Source: Vitrella brassicaformis CCMP3155
Lineage: Eukaryota > Protista > Chromerida
NCBI GenBank assembly: GCA_001179505.1
Contig: CDMY01000549.1
Location: 1-53,565 of the forward strand
DNA: 53,565 nucleotides
Reading direction: 5' to 3'
The translations under genes were made by a program, and so were the position numbers. The number at the start of each line of letters is the position of its first letter. Within the stretch, counting starts at the first letter, position 1. The notes beneath the pieces are model-generated. The model was given only the letters and a program-made list of their open reading frames with translations. It made no database searches and was not told the DNA's origin. Positions 1 to 15,610 of the stretch are shown here, one piece after another.

Positions 1-685
1 GGAAACAAAGAGAGAAAGAGAAGCAACCGAGCAGACCCGCTCAACAAAACCTGCTCTCTCCCAATCAGACAGACAAACAGACAGACAAACAGACAGACAA
101 ACAGTCAGACAGACAGACAAACAGACAGAAAGACAGTCAGACAGTCAGACAGACAGACGGCAGGCTGCTGTGCTGCAAGCCGCCCACCGACTACACTAAA
201 GAAGGCAAGCAACTGACTGACTGACTGATACAAAAAGAGCACTCACTCACTCACTCACAGCCAGCCAACGATTCACACCCATTGCCCGTCAACGGTTTGT
301 TGACCAAAAGCGACCATTCCACGACGACTATCTGCCAAGGCTCCCGCCACGCACACGCGAGCACAGTGAGTCACCGTGCAAACATGCAATCCGACAACTG
401 ATCCTGATCTGATTTGATTTGCCCTTAGGTCCGCCAACACGGGTCTGCCGCTGCGACTGAAAGGCACGAGAGCCTCCCTCCAAGATGCCTCGCTCCTTCA
501 GGCACAGATCACCCTCCGATAGCCGCGGTGTCCGGCTGATGCTTTTGCTTGGCGCATGGCTGTCTCGGGCGGAGAGCTGGTCTCCACGGCGTCACTGAGA
601 AGGAAGAGCGGTATAAAAGGGGGATGAGGATCGTCGGGAACTGGCGCTGGGTTTGGGTTATAGGGTTCATAACATCCGAGCTCGC
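1..685 (-). repeat. Inverted duplicate of 15611-16255 (upstream/5' region of the LNR-TSP1 adhesin gene)
   Basis: The reverse complement of 1-685 aligns by eye, block by block, with 15611-16255. Examples: AACGGTTTGTTGACCAAAAGCGACCATTCCACGACGACTATCTGCCAAGGCTCCCGCCAC near 291-350 versus its complement near 15963-16022, and CCGAGCTCGC at the far boundary. Confidence 0.93.
612..618 (+). promoter_or_regulatory. Possible TATA-like element upstream of the WD40 gene
   Basis: TATAAAA about 120 nt upstream of ATG 740; absent from the paralogous copy near 15680-15700. Motif match only. Confidence 0.2.
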
Positions 686-739
686 CGCAGCGCCAATTCC
701 GCTCTCTTCCTTGAGTGAGTGCCGGTTGACAAGATAGTC

Positions 740-3604
740 ATGGACAGCAGCTGGGACAAGAATCATCTCTTCGCCGCTGCCTCATCACGATCGTCAGTAG
801 CAGCTGCTGCTGATGCTGCTGGTGACGACGACCGGCCGCAAGCATCGTCCAGCAGCAGCAGCGGCAGCAGCTCGAAGCCAAACAATCCAGCAGCCAATGT
901 CGGTGTGAGCGCGCCGCTCTCCCTAACCATTCTGGACAGCCAGCTGCATCCCATGCTGCGGGAGGAGGACGGCCTTCTCTCTGTTCCACATCCCCTGCCC
1001 CTCTCAACACAGCAGCGGCAGAGCAAACTGGTGGCCCACAGGAACGCCTGTGAGGCGGCGGCAATGAGTGCCGCCGTCGGTGACCCATCTGACGGTTCCA
1101 GGGCGGCGAGAGCGCCCATCAATCGGCGCAGGAAGACGGTGCTGAGCACGTCGCTGCGACGGGCTGGTGGTGCTGGTAGCGGTGGGTCGGCGTGTTTTGC
1201 CAGGGGGTACTATCATCATCATCATGACCGTCATCACGATGGCGAGATGGATGGGATGGATGTCTGTGCGGCCAGTGGGGGTGTTGGTGATGGTGATGGT
1301 GAGGGCGGTGTTTGCGAGAACGGTCGGCTGCGTAGGCTGGAGCGTGTGGCGGCGCTGAGGGACGGTGGCGAGAAGGGTGGTGGTGGCGAGAAGCTGCACC
1401 GAGTGCCGCCCAGGGGGCTGGCGGCCATCTTGAGGAAGGACGACAGGCACGACACACTGGTACGACAGACACACACTGATATGACAGCAAATCGGCAAGT
1501 CAACCACGCACTCACGGCGGGCATGTGTGTGTGGGTGCCTTTGTTGTGTTGGCAGTGGCCGTGGCTGCGTGTGGGCAGGGATCCTCAGGTATGCATCTGC
1601 CGCGGAAGACGCACACACACACACACACACACACACACCAGACACACACACACACAAAAGAAAACCGATTTTCTGTCCTTCTGTCGTCAACAACCAGGGC
1701 ATCCCGTGGGAGAGCCTGACTTCCCAGACCCGCTCAGACTACCGCCGGCAGCGGCTGCAGCAGTACCAGCAGCAGCACGGCCTCCTGCACACCACCGCCA
1801 CCCATGGCAACCCCGACGATGACGACGACGACCCCGACTACCATGACAGCCCCTCGCAGACAGACAGCGACGAGGGCCCATCAGAGTCGGGTTGGGGAGA
1901 TGGCGGCGACAATGATGAGGACACACCCATGACGCCGAGTGAGCATGGTGGTGGAGGTGAGGGTCACCACACGCCCCAGCATCACCAGCAGCAGCAGCAG
2001 CAGCATGGTCAGCATGGTGGGGGTGGTGGAGGGTTGACACACGGTGCTGGTGCTGGCGGTGGTTTTGGCGCTTTGTATGGCGGCCCCCAGAATGAAGGCA
2101 CACAGGAGGAAAATGCAAGACGGCTCAGGTATGGATGGGGGCACACACATGGGCGTGTGTGTTTCATGGTGCTGTGTTGTGTGTGTCAGAGCGATATCGC
2201 TGTGTCGTCCGGTGCGTTCGAACCAGCACTATGCTGAGCTGGCGAGGTGCTATGCCGCCGTGCAGCCCGCCATCATGCACTTCCAGGTCACACAATCACA
2301 CACACACACACACACGCAGGCACACACACGAGAGCATGGCTGTGTGTTTGATGCAGCTGCGCCACTTGCTGTCGTGCGGCTCTTCACGCCACGAGGTGTA
2401 CTACGTCGGCAACAGAGACCGGACCACACTCACATCCTACAACCTTCTCAGCGGACTGTAAATAATGACTGACGCACGCCCACACACCAAACCACACACC
2501 AAACCACATGTGTTGAGCCTACCATGTGTTGATGTGACGTGTGCAGGAAGGGTGTGATCCATTCTTCCCCCGACGGGAACCCCTTCACGTGCTGCGACGT
2601 GCGGCACGGGCTGGCCGTCACGGGATCCATGAACTCCCGACTCATGGTGCCGATGGATGGCGATGGGACAGGGGGATCTTGATTTGATCTCTCTGTGTGT
2701 GCGCGGTTGGTGTGTGTAGGTGTCGTCCCTGCGCGGCGCCAATGGCCATCCTGTTCACCAGCTGGTGCGCGCGAAGACCACAACACATTCTGACCGACAA
2801 GGGTTCATTCATCGAGAGAAACTGTTTGTGTGTGGTGATTGTCCGTGCATCCCCCCGACAGCTGACGTCTCGCCGCACAAGCGACACGCTTGACGACATC
2901 ACCAACTACGTGTCCGTCATCCTCTCGCTCACCGGTGTGTGCGCCCCGGCCTCCCTCTCGCTCTCCTGTGTCTCTCTATGGGGTCCGTATGTATGTGTGT
3001 GTGTCTCTCAGGGATGCCCCGTGTGTTGGCCTGCAACAACGACGCCTCCATCAAGGAGTTCGACCCAGAGACCGCTCGTGTGGTCAACAGCTACCACCTA
3101 GAATGGGCCGTAAGCACACACACACACACACACAGAGGGAGAGGGAGGCAGCGTGTGTGTGTGGTTGTGTGCAGGTGAATCAGGCGTCGGTATCGGTGGA
3201 CGGCAAGATGGTGTGTGTGGTTGGGGACGACAAGGCCGTGGTGATGCTCGAGAGGGAGACGGGCGACCGCATCGCCACACTCCACGGACACTGCGACCAC
3301 GGCTTCGCCAGCGACTTCCACTGCGATGGCCGCCTCTGCGCTACGGGTACGTCTGCATCTCTCTGTTGTGTTGTGTGTGCATCTCTCTCTCTCTCTCGGG
3401 GTGTGTGTGTGTGTGTGTCAGGTAACCAGGACAACACGTGCCGCGTGTGGGATCTGCGTCACCTTCGTCGGAGCGTCAAGGTGCTGGGGTCGCAGATGGG
3501 CCCCGTGAGGTCAATCCAATTCTCGCCAGACGGCAGCCTGCTGGTCAGTCTGCAAACCTCCCTCCCTCCCCCTCTCAATCTCGGTGTGTGTGTGCCTCTC
3601 TCTT

Positions 3605-3643
<39 letters not shown>

Positions 3644-4001
3644 TCAGTCGTGTGCCGAGCCGATGGATTTGGTTCAGCTGTACGACGTGAGGTCTGGCTT
3701 CACGCACCACCAGCAACTCGACTTCTTCGGCTCCATCGCCGGTACGTACGGGGGTGTCTGTCTATCCCTTTGTGTGTGTGTGTATGTGGGTATGTTGGTG
3801 TTTGTGTGCAGGCCTGTGTTTCTCCCACGACAGCTCGACGCTTTTCACTGGTCAGGGGGCGGGGCGGGGTGTGGTCTGGTGTGGTGGGCACGTGTGTGAG
3901 AGTGGTGTGTGGTGTATATGTGTGTGTGTGTGTGTGGTGTGTGTGCAGCTGTGCAGGACAGCTCATTTGGGGGGCTGCTCGAGTATAGACTCTTGACCTG
4001 A
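740..4001 (+). CDS. Multi-exon WD40-repeat protein of the DUF2415 / S. pombe C2A9.03-like family, with long low-complexity insertions
   Basis: Spliced translation gives GRDPQ|GIPWESLTSQTRSDYRRQRLQQY, ACNNDASIKEFD, WA|VNQASVSVDGK, LHGHCDHGFASDFHCDGRLCATG|NQDNTCRVWDLR, CAEPMDLVQLYDVRSGF..QQLDFFGSIAG and DSSFGGLLEY. These match the family motifs GKDIQGIPW, GNQDKTCRVWD, AEPADFVHVYD and IDFFGEISG. Stop TGA at 3999-4001. Confidence 0.88.
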
Positions 4002-4209
4002 CTGATGGACAGACAAGAGCCATGAAGCTCATGACTGATACAGGCGTGTGTATGTGTGCATAACCAAGTCTGCCTGTAGTGGTGGTGGTGTGTGGTGTTT
4101 CGATTGCGATTGCACCTCCATGTTTTTCTCGTGGCTCGCCAGACGGTCTGTCTGTGTATACACATGACACTGATCCATGCGTCGTGCAGTCAGTCTACTC
4201 ATTCACTCA

Positions 4210-5715
4210 TCATTCGGAGAAGTCCATCCGCGCCCTCTTCTCGTCACACAGCGTCTCGACGATGGCGGGGTCCATCAGCACGGGATCCACACACCGCTGG
4301 CTGGCCGACGTCACAACCTATAAACACACACACACACAGAGAGAGAGAGGGGGAATGGCCTCTGGGGCAGGGAGGGAGGGTCACACTGACCTCGTCCAGC
4401 AGGCCGTCCAGCCCGTTTGCATCGTCCTGCTCCACCAGCTCGCGAATCATGTCAGACAGGAAGGCACAATCGACCTGAAACACCCACACTCTAGATGGAT
4501 GGACACAAGAGACACCACCAGACACACACACAGACAGACACAGACAAGCGTGGGTACCCACCTGTATCTGCTGGAGACCGAACTTGCCGAAGGTCTCATC
4601 TCTGACGAGCTCGTAGAGCGCCTTGAAGGCGATCCGCAGGATGCCTACCACCGCGCCATTGCGGTTGAAAGGGATCTCACTGCACAACGAATGGCGCACA
4701 CACAATGATCCACACACAATGACGTCTGTGTCTGTGTCGACGCTAAGCTTACCCGAAGATGAGCACCTTCCTGGCAAACAGCCTGTCCATCTCGAGCTCC
4801 ATCTGGGTGCGGCGTATCCTCAGCAAGGCGGATGAGCGAATGGCGTGTTGTTTGGGTTTCCTGGGGTCGCCCAGCATGCGGGCCAGCTGGTTGTCGGCCT
4901 CCCGCACCTCCTTGACCACCACCTCCATCACCCAACGGACGTCACGCGGCTCCCTGCAGACAGAGATATGTGTGTGTGGTGAGGCACCGAGAGAGAGGGA
5001 GCGGGGGCTGTGTGCACACCTGACGTGGAGCCAGTCGGGGGTGCGGATGGATTTCCTCAACAAGTGTGACAGCTGCTGACCCGTGTGAAAGGCATACGCA
5101 CTCAGCAATCGCTGCGCTGCCTGACAACCACACCACACAAACAATCAGTCAGTCAGTCAAGTCCCGGCCACCTGTCTGGTCTTCTTCGTGAGCGCCGGCA
5201 CGGTGGTCTGTGCGAAGGTGGTGGACTGCTGCCCGGGGTACTGTGCCACCGCCATCTGGCTGATACGCTGCAGTCCCCTCTGCTCCAGGTGCCGCCCGAT
5301 GCGCACGAGGGCTAGAGCGAACAAGGCGCGCCACTCGATGCTGCCACAGACACAGAAATCGACACACAAGGGGTGGGGGAGAGGGGTGTGTGGCGTGCCT
5401 TTGGAATTCTGCGATGAGCTCGTCGCTCATGGATGGAGGGAACCCTTCAAGTGGCACATCCTAACCACACACACCACACACGTGTGTGTCTATGATGTGG
5501 CTGTGCGGCTCAAACGGGCTGACCGACCGTTTCTCTGCCCGTGACGATCCTGCAGAGGGCGGCGAATGTCTCGAAGAGGGTCGCAGTGTGTGTGAAGATG
5601 CCCTCCTGCAGGGCCTGCTTGGCCTTGGGCGCACTCACACCGGCATCCAACTCCCCTACTGACAGATACGGGGCCACCTCCTACATGGACACACACATGC
5701 ACATGGACACAGAGA

Positions 5716-5750
<35 letters not shown>

Positions 5751-7708
5751 CGCACCGTCAGTGTGAGGGTGGTCTGGTAGAGCACCGAGTGCTCCACCTT
5801 GCCCACCCTCTCCAACACGCTGTCGGCTGTCGGCAACTGCTGCTGCTGCTGGTGCTGGGGGGTGCTCTCTTTCGGACTCCCCTCACCCCCACTACCACCA
5901 GCAGCAGCGGCACTTGACACACTGGGCGACTTGATGGCTGTGAGGGGGCCGCAGCACCTGACAGAGGGAGGGAGGGAGGGAGGGACAGAGAGGGGTGAGG
6001 CTTTGTTTCCTCTCTCTGTCTGTCTGTCTGTCTGTGAGTGTGTCGGTGTTTCTTACTGGTGCAGCTGTCTTAGGTGGTTCAGAAAGAGCTCCGTGTTGGC
6101 GGCGAAGCGCAGCTCAATCCCCAAACCAGCTGCACAGACACACACACACACACATGAAAGGCGTGTGTGGGGGGGGGAGTGTGTGGGTCTCTCCCTCTCT
6201 CTCTCCCTCTCACCGATCCGCATAGGGTATTTCGGCCACGCCCTGGCCACTTCCAACACCGGCAGCCCCCTCTCCCCCCTCCCACCCTGCTGCACAGCCA
6301 CCCCCACAAGCCGTAAACCCTCCTCAATCACCTTAGGCGCGATCGCCCCCACCGAAGACGACACACTCTCGACGGGCACCGTCTGCGGCAGATCCACCGG
6401 CATCAGCGGGCGCTTTCTCATCAGCGCGCCGAGGGACTCGCAGAGAGAGGCCATGTTGTCGGCGAGGAAGGTGTCAAGCTTTGTGGGGTATGTGTCTGGG
6501 ATGGTGCTGGGGATTATGTCTGTGTTGAGCTTGAAGGCGGCCTCGGCGCCCCGGATGATGTCGCAGAGGGGCGGGATCCAGGAGGCGGCCACGCCGTGAC
6601 ACGCATCGACGAACGGCTCCCTCTCATCCTCGGCATCTCTATCTCGCCGTTGTGCTGCCGCCTCTTTCTCCGCCCTAGCCAACACACACAGACACACACA
6701 CACACAGAGAGAGAGAAATGCGCCCATCCACACACCCACACACACCCAGACGCACCTTTCAACAATGACTTTCAGCCGTCCGTCGAGTGCGCGCCTCCGT
6801 CCTTGTAGGAAGGTGTCGAGCATGGCGGTGGGGTCCTCCCCGGCCAGCAGCAGCACCTTGACCAGATGGACCGCAGAGAAGGTGCCCAGCGGGTCGTCAT
6901 CGGTCTCCCTCTCCCTCTCTGGGGGCGGCGCGTCGAGGCGAGATTTCATTGCGCTTCGGGCAGCTGACATGAGAGCCCACACCTGACAGACAACCAAACA
7001 CATGGATTAATGGGTGTGTGAGCCACACCCTCCCTCTCCCTGTGTGTGTGTCTGTGTGTGAGAAGATACCTCTTTAGCGACGTCAGTGAACGCCCCCGCG
7101 ACCTCGACGGCCTTCTTGGGGTGCCCCTCGGCGGCAGTGGTCTTGTCGGTGAGGCCCAGGAAGACCTCCCACCGCCGGTGGGTGCGCACCGCCGACTCGA
7201 AGTCACCGCTGTCCAAGTACTGACACGACACATGGATCGGTCAACACAACACATCAAGGGAGAAATTGGGGGGCTGCTGGGGGAGGGGCATTCGTACCCT
7301 CTTGAGCACTTGTGGAAGGTTCTTGAGGAGCTGCAGCTTCTGCAGCACGTTCAGCACACCAACCAGCTCCTGCAATGCCAAACCACACCAACACACACAC
7401 ATCCGCCCCCTCACACACACACATAAAGAGAGAGAGAGAGATTCCTACCCTACCCCACCTGTATCTTCTCGGGTCTGCCGGCGAGTGTGGCGTTGAGTCG
7501 AGTGCTGCACTGGTTGATGGAGTTGATTCGCTGTGTGAGTCGCGACATTTCGCTCTCCATCGACTCGATGTTGGCCTTCATGGACTTGATGGTGTCGGTG
7601 GCGGTGATGAACTTGTTGTAGTTCTCGTAGACCAGCATCTGCATGTCACCGTCCAACGTGCTCACCTGCACACACACACACACACACAGAGAGGGGATGG
7701 GGGAAGTG

Positions 7709-7745
<37 letters not shown>

Positions 7746-8092
7746 GAGAGAGAGAGAGAGAGCCCACCGACCTGCTCGGTGAGCTCTTTGCTCTTGGTGA
7801 GCATCTGCGACAGCTCCGTGTTGGTCACCAGCTCCTGAAACCAGCTGTGCACGTCGAAGTTCGGCCCGTCAATGTCGCTCTTCGACTCCCGCCGCACACC
7901 CATCCCTCCAGACGCCGACGACGCCTTTGCACTGTCATCCCCTGCTGACGCTGACGATGGCTGCTGCTGGTCGCCGCTCTCGTCGAGTTGATAATAGGCA
8001 CTGAGAAGGGCGCCTACACGGTGGTGGGAGGCTGGCGGCTGCTGCTGCTGCGTGTCCGAGTCGTAGTCCGCTTGGGAGTCGGTGTCGTCCAT
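4210..8092 (-). CDS. VPS51: Vps51, GARP/EARP tethering complex subunit (multi-exon)
   Basis: N-terminal RVGALLSAYY...DIDGPNFDVHSWF...EQ|VSTLDGDMQMLVYENYNKFITATDTI is the Vps51 signature. C-terminal FQVDCAFL...LLDE|VVTSASQRCVDPVLMD ends at TGA 4210-4212. Confidence 0.92.
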
Positions 8093-8407
8093 CACGGTGT
8101 GGCCAGATGGATAGATCCGCTGGTGGTCGCTGCTGGGAAAGAAGAATCAATGACGCGGGCTGATTCTCGGGTGGGCGAAGATGCTGCTCGCGGGCAACAC
8201 CGTGGCAGCCCCTTCTTTGTGTTTTGGTCCCTTGAAAAATTGCGAGCTTGAGGAAGGCAGATCTGCAGCCTGAGGTCTGAAAACGCCGGTCTGGTGTGTC
8301 TGGTGTTGGTGTGAGAGGCGTGTCTGATCTACGGGACCGTCCGGTTTTCCTGGTGCGTGCAGCGGTCTGTCTTGTTGTTTGACGAATCGGCTTGATAGGC
8401 AGGCAGC

Positions 8408-11400
8408 ATGGTGAGAGCCATGCAGACCAAAGAGGGAGCCATGGTGAGAGGGCGGGTACACGGGACACACTGAAAGGGAGAGGGAGGGCCAGAGGGGGAG
8501 TGGGGAGGGCCTTGATGCATCGGTGGGGAAGGCACGTCAGTCAAGCTCCACTCCACTCCACTCCCATTGTGTGTCGTGGGTGGAGTGGATGATGTGCTTG
8601 TGTGATTGTGTGGTTGGTTCTATGCTATGCAGAAGGCCAAGGCCAAGAAGGCAGCGGCGGGCAAGGCAGCCGACGAGGACGAGGAGATGGACATCCCCCT
8701 GGTCAAGCAGGCCAAGGCTGGCGGGGCACCCAAGGGCAAAAAGGACAAGGAATCTTCCAGTGCCGCCGCTGGTAGGGACTCTACACACACTCATTCGCTC
8801 GCAGAGAGAGAGAAAGCGATGCATGTGTGTGTGTGTGTGTAGCGGCCGCGGCTAAGGAGAGGTTGGCCGCCAAGAAGCGTCCCCCGGTGGACGAAGGCGA
8901 TGACGACGATGACGATGACGACGATGAGGAGGAGTCACCCACCAGTACGCTAAACACAGATCCATCCATCCACCCTCCATGTGTGTTGATTGGCAGCTCG
9001 TTCGAAGGCCAAGATGAAGGCGGCACCGAAGCCCAAGCCCAAGGCCAAGGCGGCCCCCCAGCCGGCGGATGATGACGACGACGAGGACGACGATGGCGAT
9101 GACGACGACGGTATGAGTGAACGGCATTGCCATCCATCCATCCATCCATCCATCTGTGTGTGTGTGTGTGTGTGCAGACGATGAGGAGGAGAAGGGTGCA
9201 TACGTCACACACAGCATGATGGGATGGATGGCAAGGAAGACCGAATCTCCCTGTGTGTGTGGTCATGTGTCTGTGTCGGTCAGTTGCTGCGGCCAAGGCT
9301 AAGGCCAAGGCGAAAGGCAAGGCGACCCCCAAGCCCGCCGCAGCCAAGCCAAAGCCGAAAGCGGCCGCCAAGCCGACAGCCATGGACCAAGACGACGAGG
9401 ATGAGGACTCAGGTCAGTCAGTAGACAGACAGGGGCCAATCATGGCAACAACAGCACGGGCAGAAGCGCCTTATTGTTCTGATGTTGTTTGTGGTCTTTC
9501 GTTCAGATGAGGACGAGGAAGATGAAGAGGCAGAGCAAGGCACGGAGGAGACAGCCGGCACACGAACAAGCACCATTCAGGTGTCTGTCTGTCTGTCTGT
9601 GTCGGTCAGTTGCTGCCGCCAAGGCTAAGGCCAAGGCGAAAGGCAAAGTCGCCCCCAAGCCAGCTGTCGCCAAGCCCAAACCCAAGGCCGCTGCGAAACC
9701 GACACCCATGGAAGATGACGACGGTATGGGAAACGGGCGAAGGGAAGACCAGACGAATTTGTTGTGCATTGTGTCTGTGCGCGTGTTTCTGTGTGTTTGC
9801 AGACGAGGACGAGGACGAGGACGAAGACGGTTAGGCAGCAGAGAGAGAGATCCATCCATCCATCCATCCATGTGTGTGTGCTGCATCCCTCCCTCCCTCC
9901 CTCCCTCCCTCCCTCCCCCAGACGACGAGGACGAAAGAGGTACTCACCCGCCCTCCCACCTACCCACCTTAGCACACACACGCCATCCATCCATCCTTCC
10001 ATGTGTGTGCCTGTCGGTCAGTTGCTGCCGCCAAGGGCAAGGCCAAGGCGGCCCCCAAGGCCAAGGTGACGGCTGTGGCGGCCAAGCCCAAACCCAAGGC
10101 CGCTCCGAAGCCTGCTGCTGCTGCTGCTGCTGCTGAGGAGGAGGAGGAGGAGGACGAAGACGAAGACGAGGAGGACTCCGACGAGGAGGAGAGAGGTAGT
10201 GCGTCACGGCACAACGGCACGGAAGCGAACCATCCGTCTGTGCTCTTGTGTGGTTGTTTTGTCAGTTGCTGCCGCCAAGGCCAAGGCGAAGGGCAAGGCC
10301 GCCCCCAAGCCCGCCGCGGCCAAGCCCAAACCTAAGGCCGCTGCGAAGAAGCCCGTCGACGAGGACGAGGACGAAGAGGAGGACGAGGAAGGTCCGTCTT
10401 TCCCTCCAAGACCACACCACCCCACTCACGCAGCAGATTTTCTGAGTGGTCTGTCCACCGGTTCTCTGTCTGTCTCTGTGTGTGTGTGTGCAGAATCCGA
10501 CGAGGAGGAGGATGAGAAGCCCCAGCCCAAGGCGGCCGTCGCTGCAGCCAAGCCGAAGCCCAAGCCCAAGCCCAAGCCTAAGGCGGCGGCCAAGCCCACC
10601 CCGATGGAGGTCGACGAGGACGAGGAGGACGAAGACGAAGAGGACGAGGACGAGGAGGAGGGTCAGTCAGTCACACAAGACACCATCGCACACACACGAG
10701 GGAGGGAGGGAGGGAGGGAGAGAGGGTGCTTTGTGAGCCTGTGTGTGTGTGGGTATGTGTGTCTGTGGCTGCAGAGGAGGAGGCACCCAAGGCTGGCGAC
10801 AAGCGGAAGGCCCAACAGGCCATCGCCAAACAGCCCGCAAAGGCCGCAAAAGGCGGTACGTACCCACACACCACACCACCACCCCTTTGCCACTTGCCCT
10901 TCCCCCTCTCCCTCTCTGTCTGCCTGTGTGTGTGTGTGCAGAAGACGTCACGGGCCGCAAGTTGTTCGTGGGCAACCTCAAGTTCGGTGTGAGCGAGGAT
11001 CAGCTGCGGGAGGCCTTCAACGAGTGCGGTAAGATCGAGGACCTCCACCTCAACGAACGGGGCTTCGCCTTCATCACATTCGCTGACGCCGCTGGGGCCA
11101 AGAGCGCGCTCGAGTGGAATGACACCGAGTTCCAGGGCAGAAGGGTCGGTGAGGGAGGGAGGATCACGTCAGTCAGTCAACACAGAGACTCATCGAGCTG
11201 TCTCTCTCTGCATGTGTGTGTGTGTGTGTGTGTGGTTTAGTTGCGCATCAACTACTCGGACAGCAAGCCGGGCTCGCGGCAGTCTGGGGGCGGCCAAGGA
11301 CAGGGGGGCGGGGGCGGGGGCGGCAGACCCAGAGGGGACAAACCCGATGGCGTAAGTCAAGACTGTCTCTCTCTCTCTCTCTCTCACCCTTCAATGTTGT

Positions 11401-12544
11401 GTGTGCGTGTGTGTGGGTGTGCAGGTCAAGAGTTTGATGCTGGTCAACTTGTCCAAGAAAGCGACCGAAGACGACGTGCAGAACGCCTTCGAAGACGCCG
11501 GTGAGTGCGTGGGATGCGGATTGATGCATCCATCCATTCATCCATCCATGTGTGTGTTCAGGTGAGATCGAGAACATCAAGATCCTCAAGGACAGGGAAA
11601 CCTACGAAGTGAGTCAGCTGAGCACACCAACACACCAACATTATCACTCACCTAGAAGAGAGACAGACAGACAGACAGACACCTGCATCCACCCAATGCC
11701 TTGCCGTGGTGTGGTCCGGTGTGTGTATGTATGTTATGTCGTCACACCCACCGCATACAAACAGCCCCGTGGCATAGCCTTTGTCGACTTCGCGACCGAG
11801 GAGGGCTGTATCGCCGCAGCCCAAATGGACGACGTCGACATCAAGGGACAAACCGTTCAGGTCCGTACTCCTTCCCCCCTCCCCCCATGTCGTTCCCACT
11901 GTGTGTCTCTGTGTGTAGATGCGTTGGGGCGGCGAGCCGGGCGGCCGCGGGGGCGGCAGGGGCGGCAGAGGGGGTGGCGACAGAGGTGCGCACACCCACA
12001 ACACACCATAGAACACAGGCACTCAGACAGACAGATGCTCTCTCTGCATCAATCCTGTCTGTCTGTCTGTCTGTCTGTCTGCATCAATCAGGTGGGCGTG
12101 GCGGCCGCGGGGGCGGCAGAGGGGGGCGAGGGGGTGGGGGCGATAGAGGTGCGCAATCACACCAACCTCGAGACCCACGAAAGAGGGCTTCACTCGCACA
12201 ATGTGTGTGTGTGTGTGTAGGTGGCCGCGGTGGTCGTGGTGGCGGTCGTGGCGGCCGGGGAGGAGGGCGGGGCAACGCCGCTGCTGCCGCGGCCAACAGA
12301 GGTGCGCATAAGCGGGCATAGAGACGAACACGCATATGTTGTCGGGATGACGAGTAAGTACTGCTGTGGTTGGTGTATTGTATTGTGTTGTGTTGCGTTG
12401 TGTGTGTTCAGGTGACGTGCAGGCCTTTGGCGGCAAGAAACAAACGTTCGCTGACGACGGTCGGTGAGAGAGGCAGAGAGGCAGGCTGCCAGAGGATTTG
12501 ATGTCCGTCTGGCTGTGTGTGTGTGTGCAGATGACGAAGACTAG
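8408..12544 (+). CDS. NCL: Nucleolin-like protein (Nsr1/gar2 type): acidic/basic repeats, two RRMs, RGG/GAR tail
   Basis: Alternating KAKAK/PKPK and poly-D/E exons; RRM1 KLFVGNL...RGFAFITF; RRM2 SLMLVNL...RGIAFVDF; GGRGG repeats; C-terminal GKKQTFADD. Stop TAG at 12542-12544. The first exon is uncertain: a lone ATG at 8408 or 8441 followed by GTGAGA, spliced to AAGGCC at about 8633. Confidence 0.88.
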
Positions 12545-13360
12545 ACAACCAGAGGGTAGAGGAGTCCAGTGGTGTGGGGGCTGGCTGCCTGCTTGGCCAC
12601 TCGCTCACCGACCCACTCACTCCTCAACACGCAACACCATAGACACCATACCATACATAAGACACACACCCTGCCTGCCTGCGATACTTACATACAAATC
12701 CGTATACCCATCCATCTTTCATACGCTTTGTGTGTGAGAACACGTGTGTATGTGATGTGATGTGATGGGATGTGTGCGCCAGAGTTTAAGCCATCCATGA
12801 CTGACTGACTGACTGACTGACCTTCACTGACTGGCCGATGCATGCTTGTGGGAGGGATGGATGGATGGATGGATGAGAGAATGGATAATGGTTGGAGGGA
12901 TGGGGCCCAAGGTTTTACAGACAGACAGGCAGGGAGGGGAGGGGAGGGGAAAAGGCAGACCGACGCGGCGCACCGTGCAAAGAAAGGATAAGGCATCGAT
13001 TCGACCGGATACACACGACAAGGGATGGATGGATACCACAGGAGATGTGTGTGCATATTTGTGGTCTGGTTTGGTTTGTGCGAGAGCCTGCCCGCAGCCC
13101 GCAACCTACTGAGCTGGCTGAGCTGACCGACTGCCAAACATGCATATGTATGTATGGGTGCATCCAGACACTGACGCGGACATCCATCGGACATCGGGCA
13201 CCACCCATCGGGCGTTTTGAATCAACCACCGAATGCACACACGCACATACAAAACCGCTCTCTCTCTCACTCACTCACATGCTGCCAAAACCTTCAATAA
13301 AGGCTCACACACACACACACACACACAGACACACACTCACGCAGCCATCTGTCTGTCTGT

Positions 13361-15591
<2,231 letters not shown>

Positions 15592-15610
15592 CGCCGCAAG
15601 ACCTTCAAGT

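Noticed and set aside
649-667. True telomere or chromosome end
   Set aside because: Only two to three degenerate units, located internally.
719-1822. 367-aa ORF as a stand-alone gene
   Set aside because: It is the first exon(s) of the WD40 gene read through introns; the conserved GRDPQ|GIPW motif appears only after splicing.
8408-12544. Intronic snoRNAs in nucleolin
   Set aside because: I saw no convincing C/D box pair with a terminal stem; introns are short and repeat-filled. An Infernal/snoscan run would settle it.
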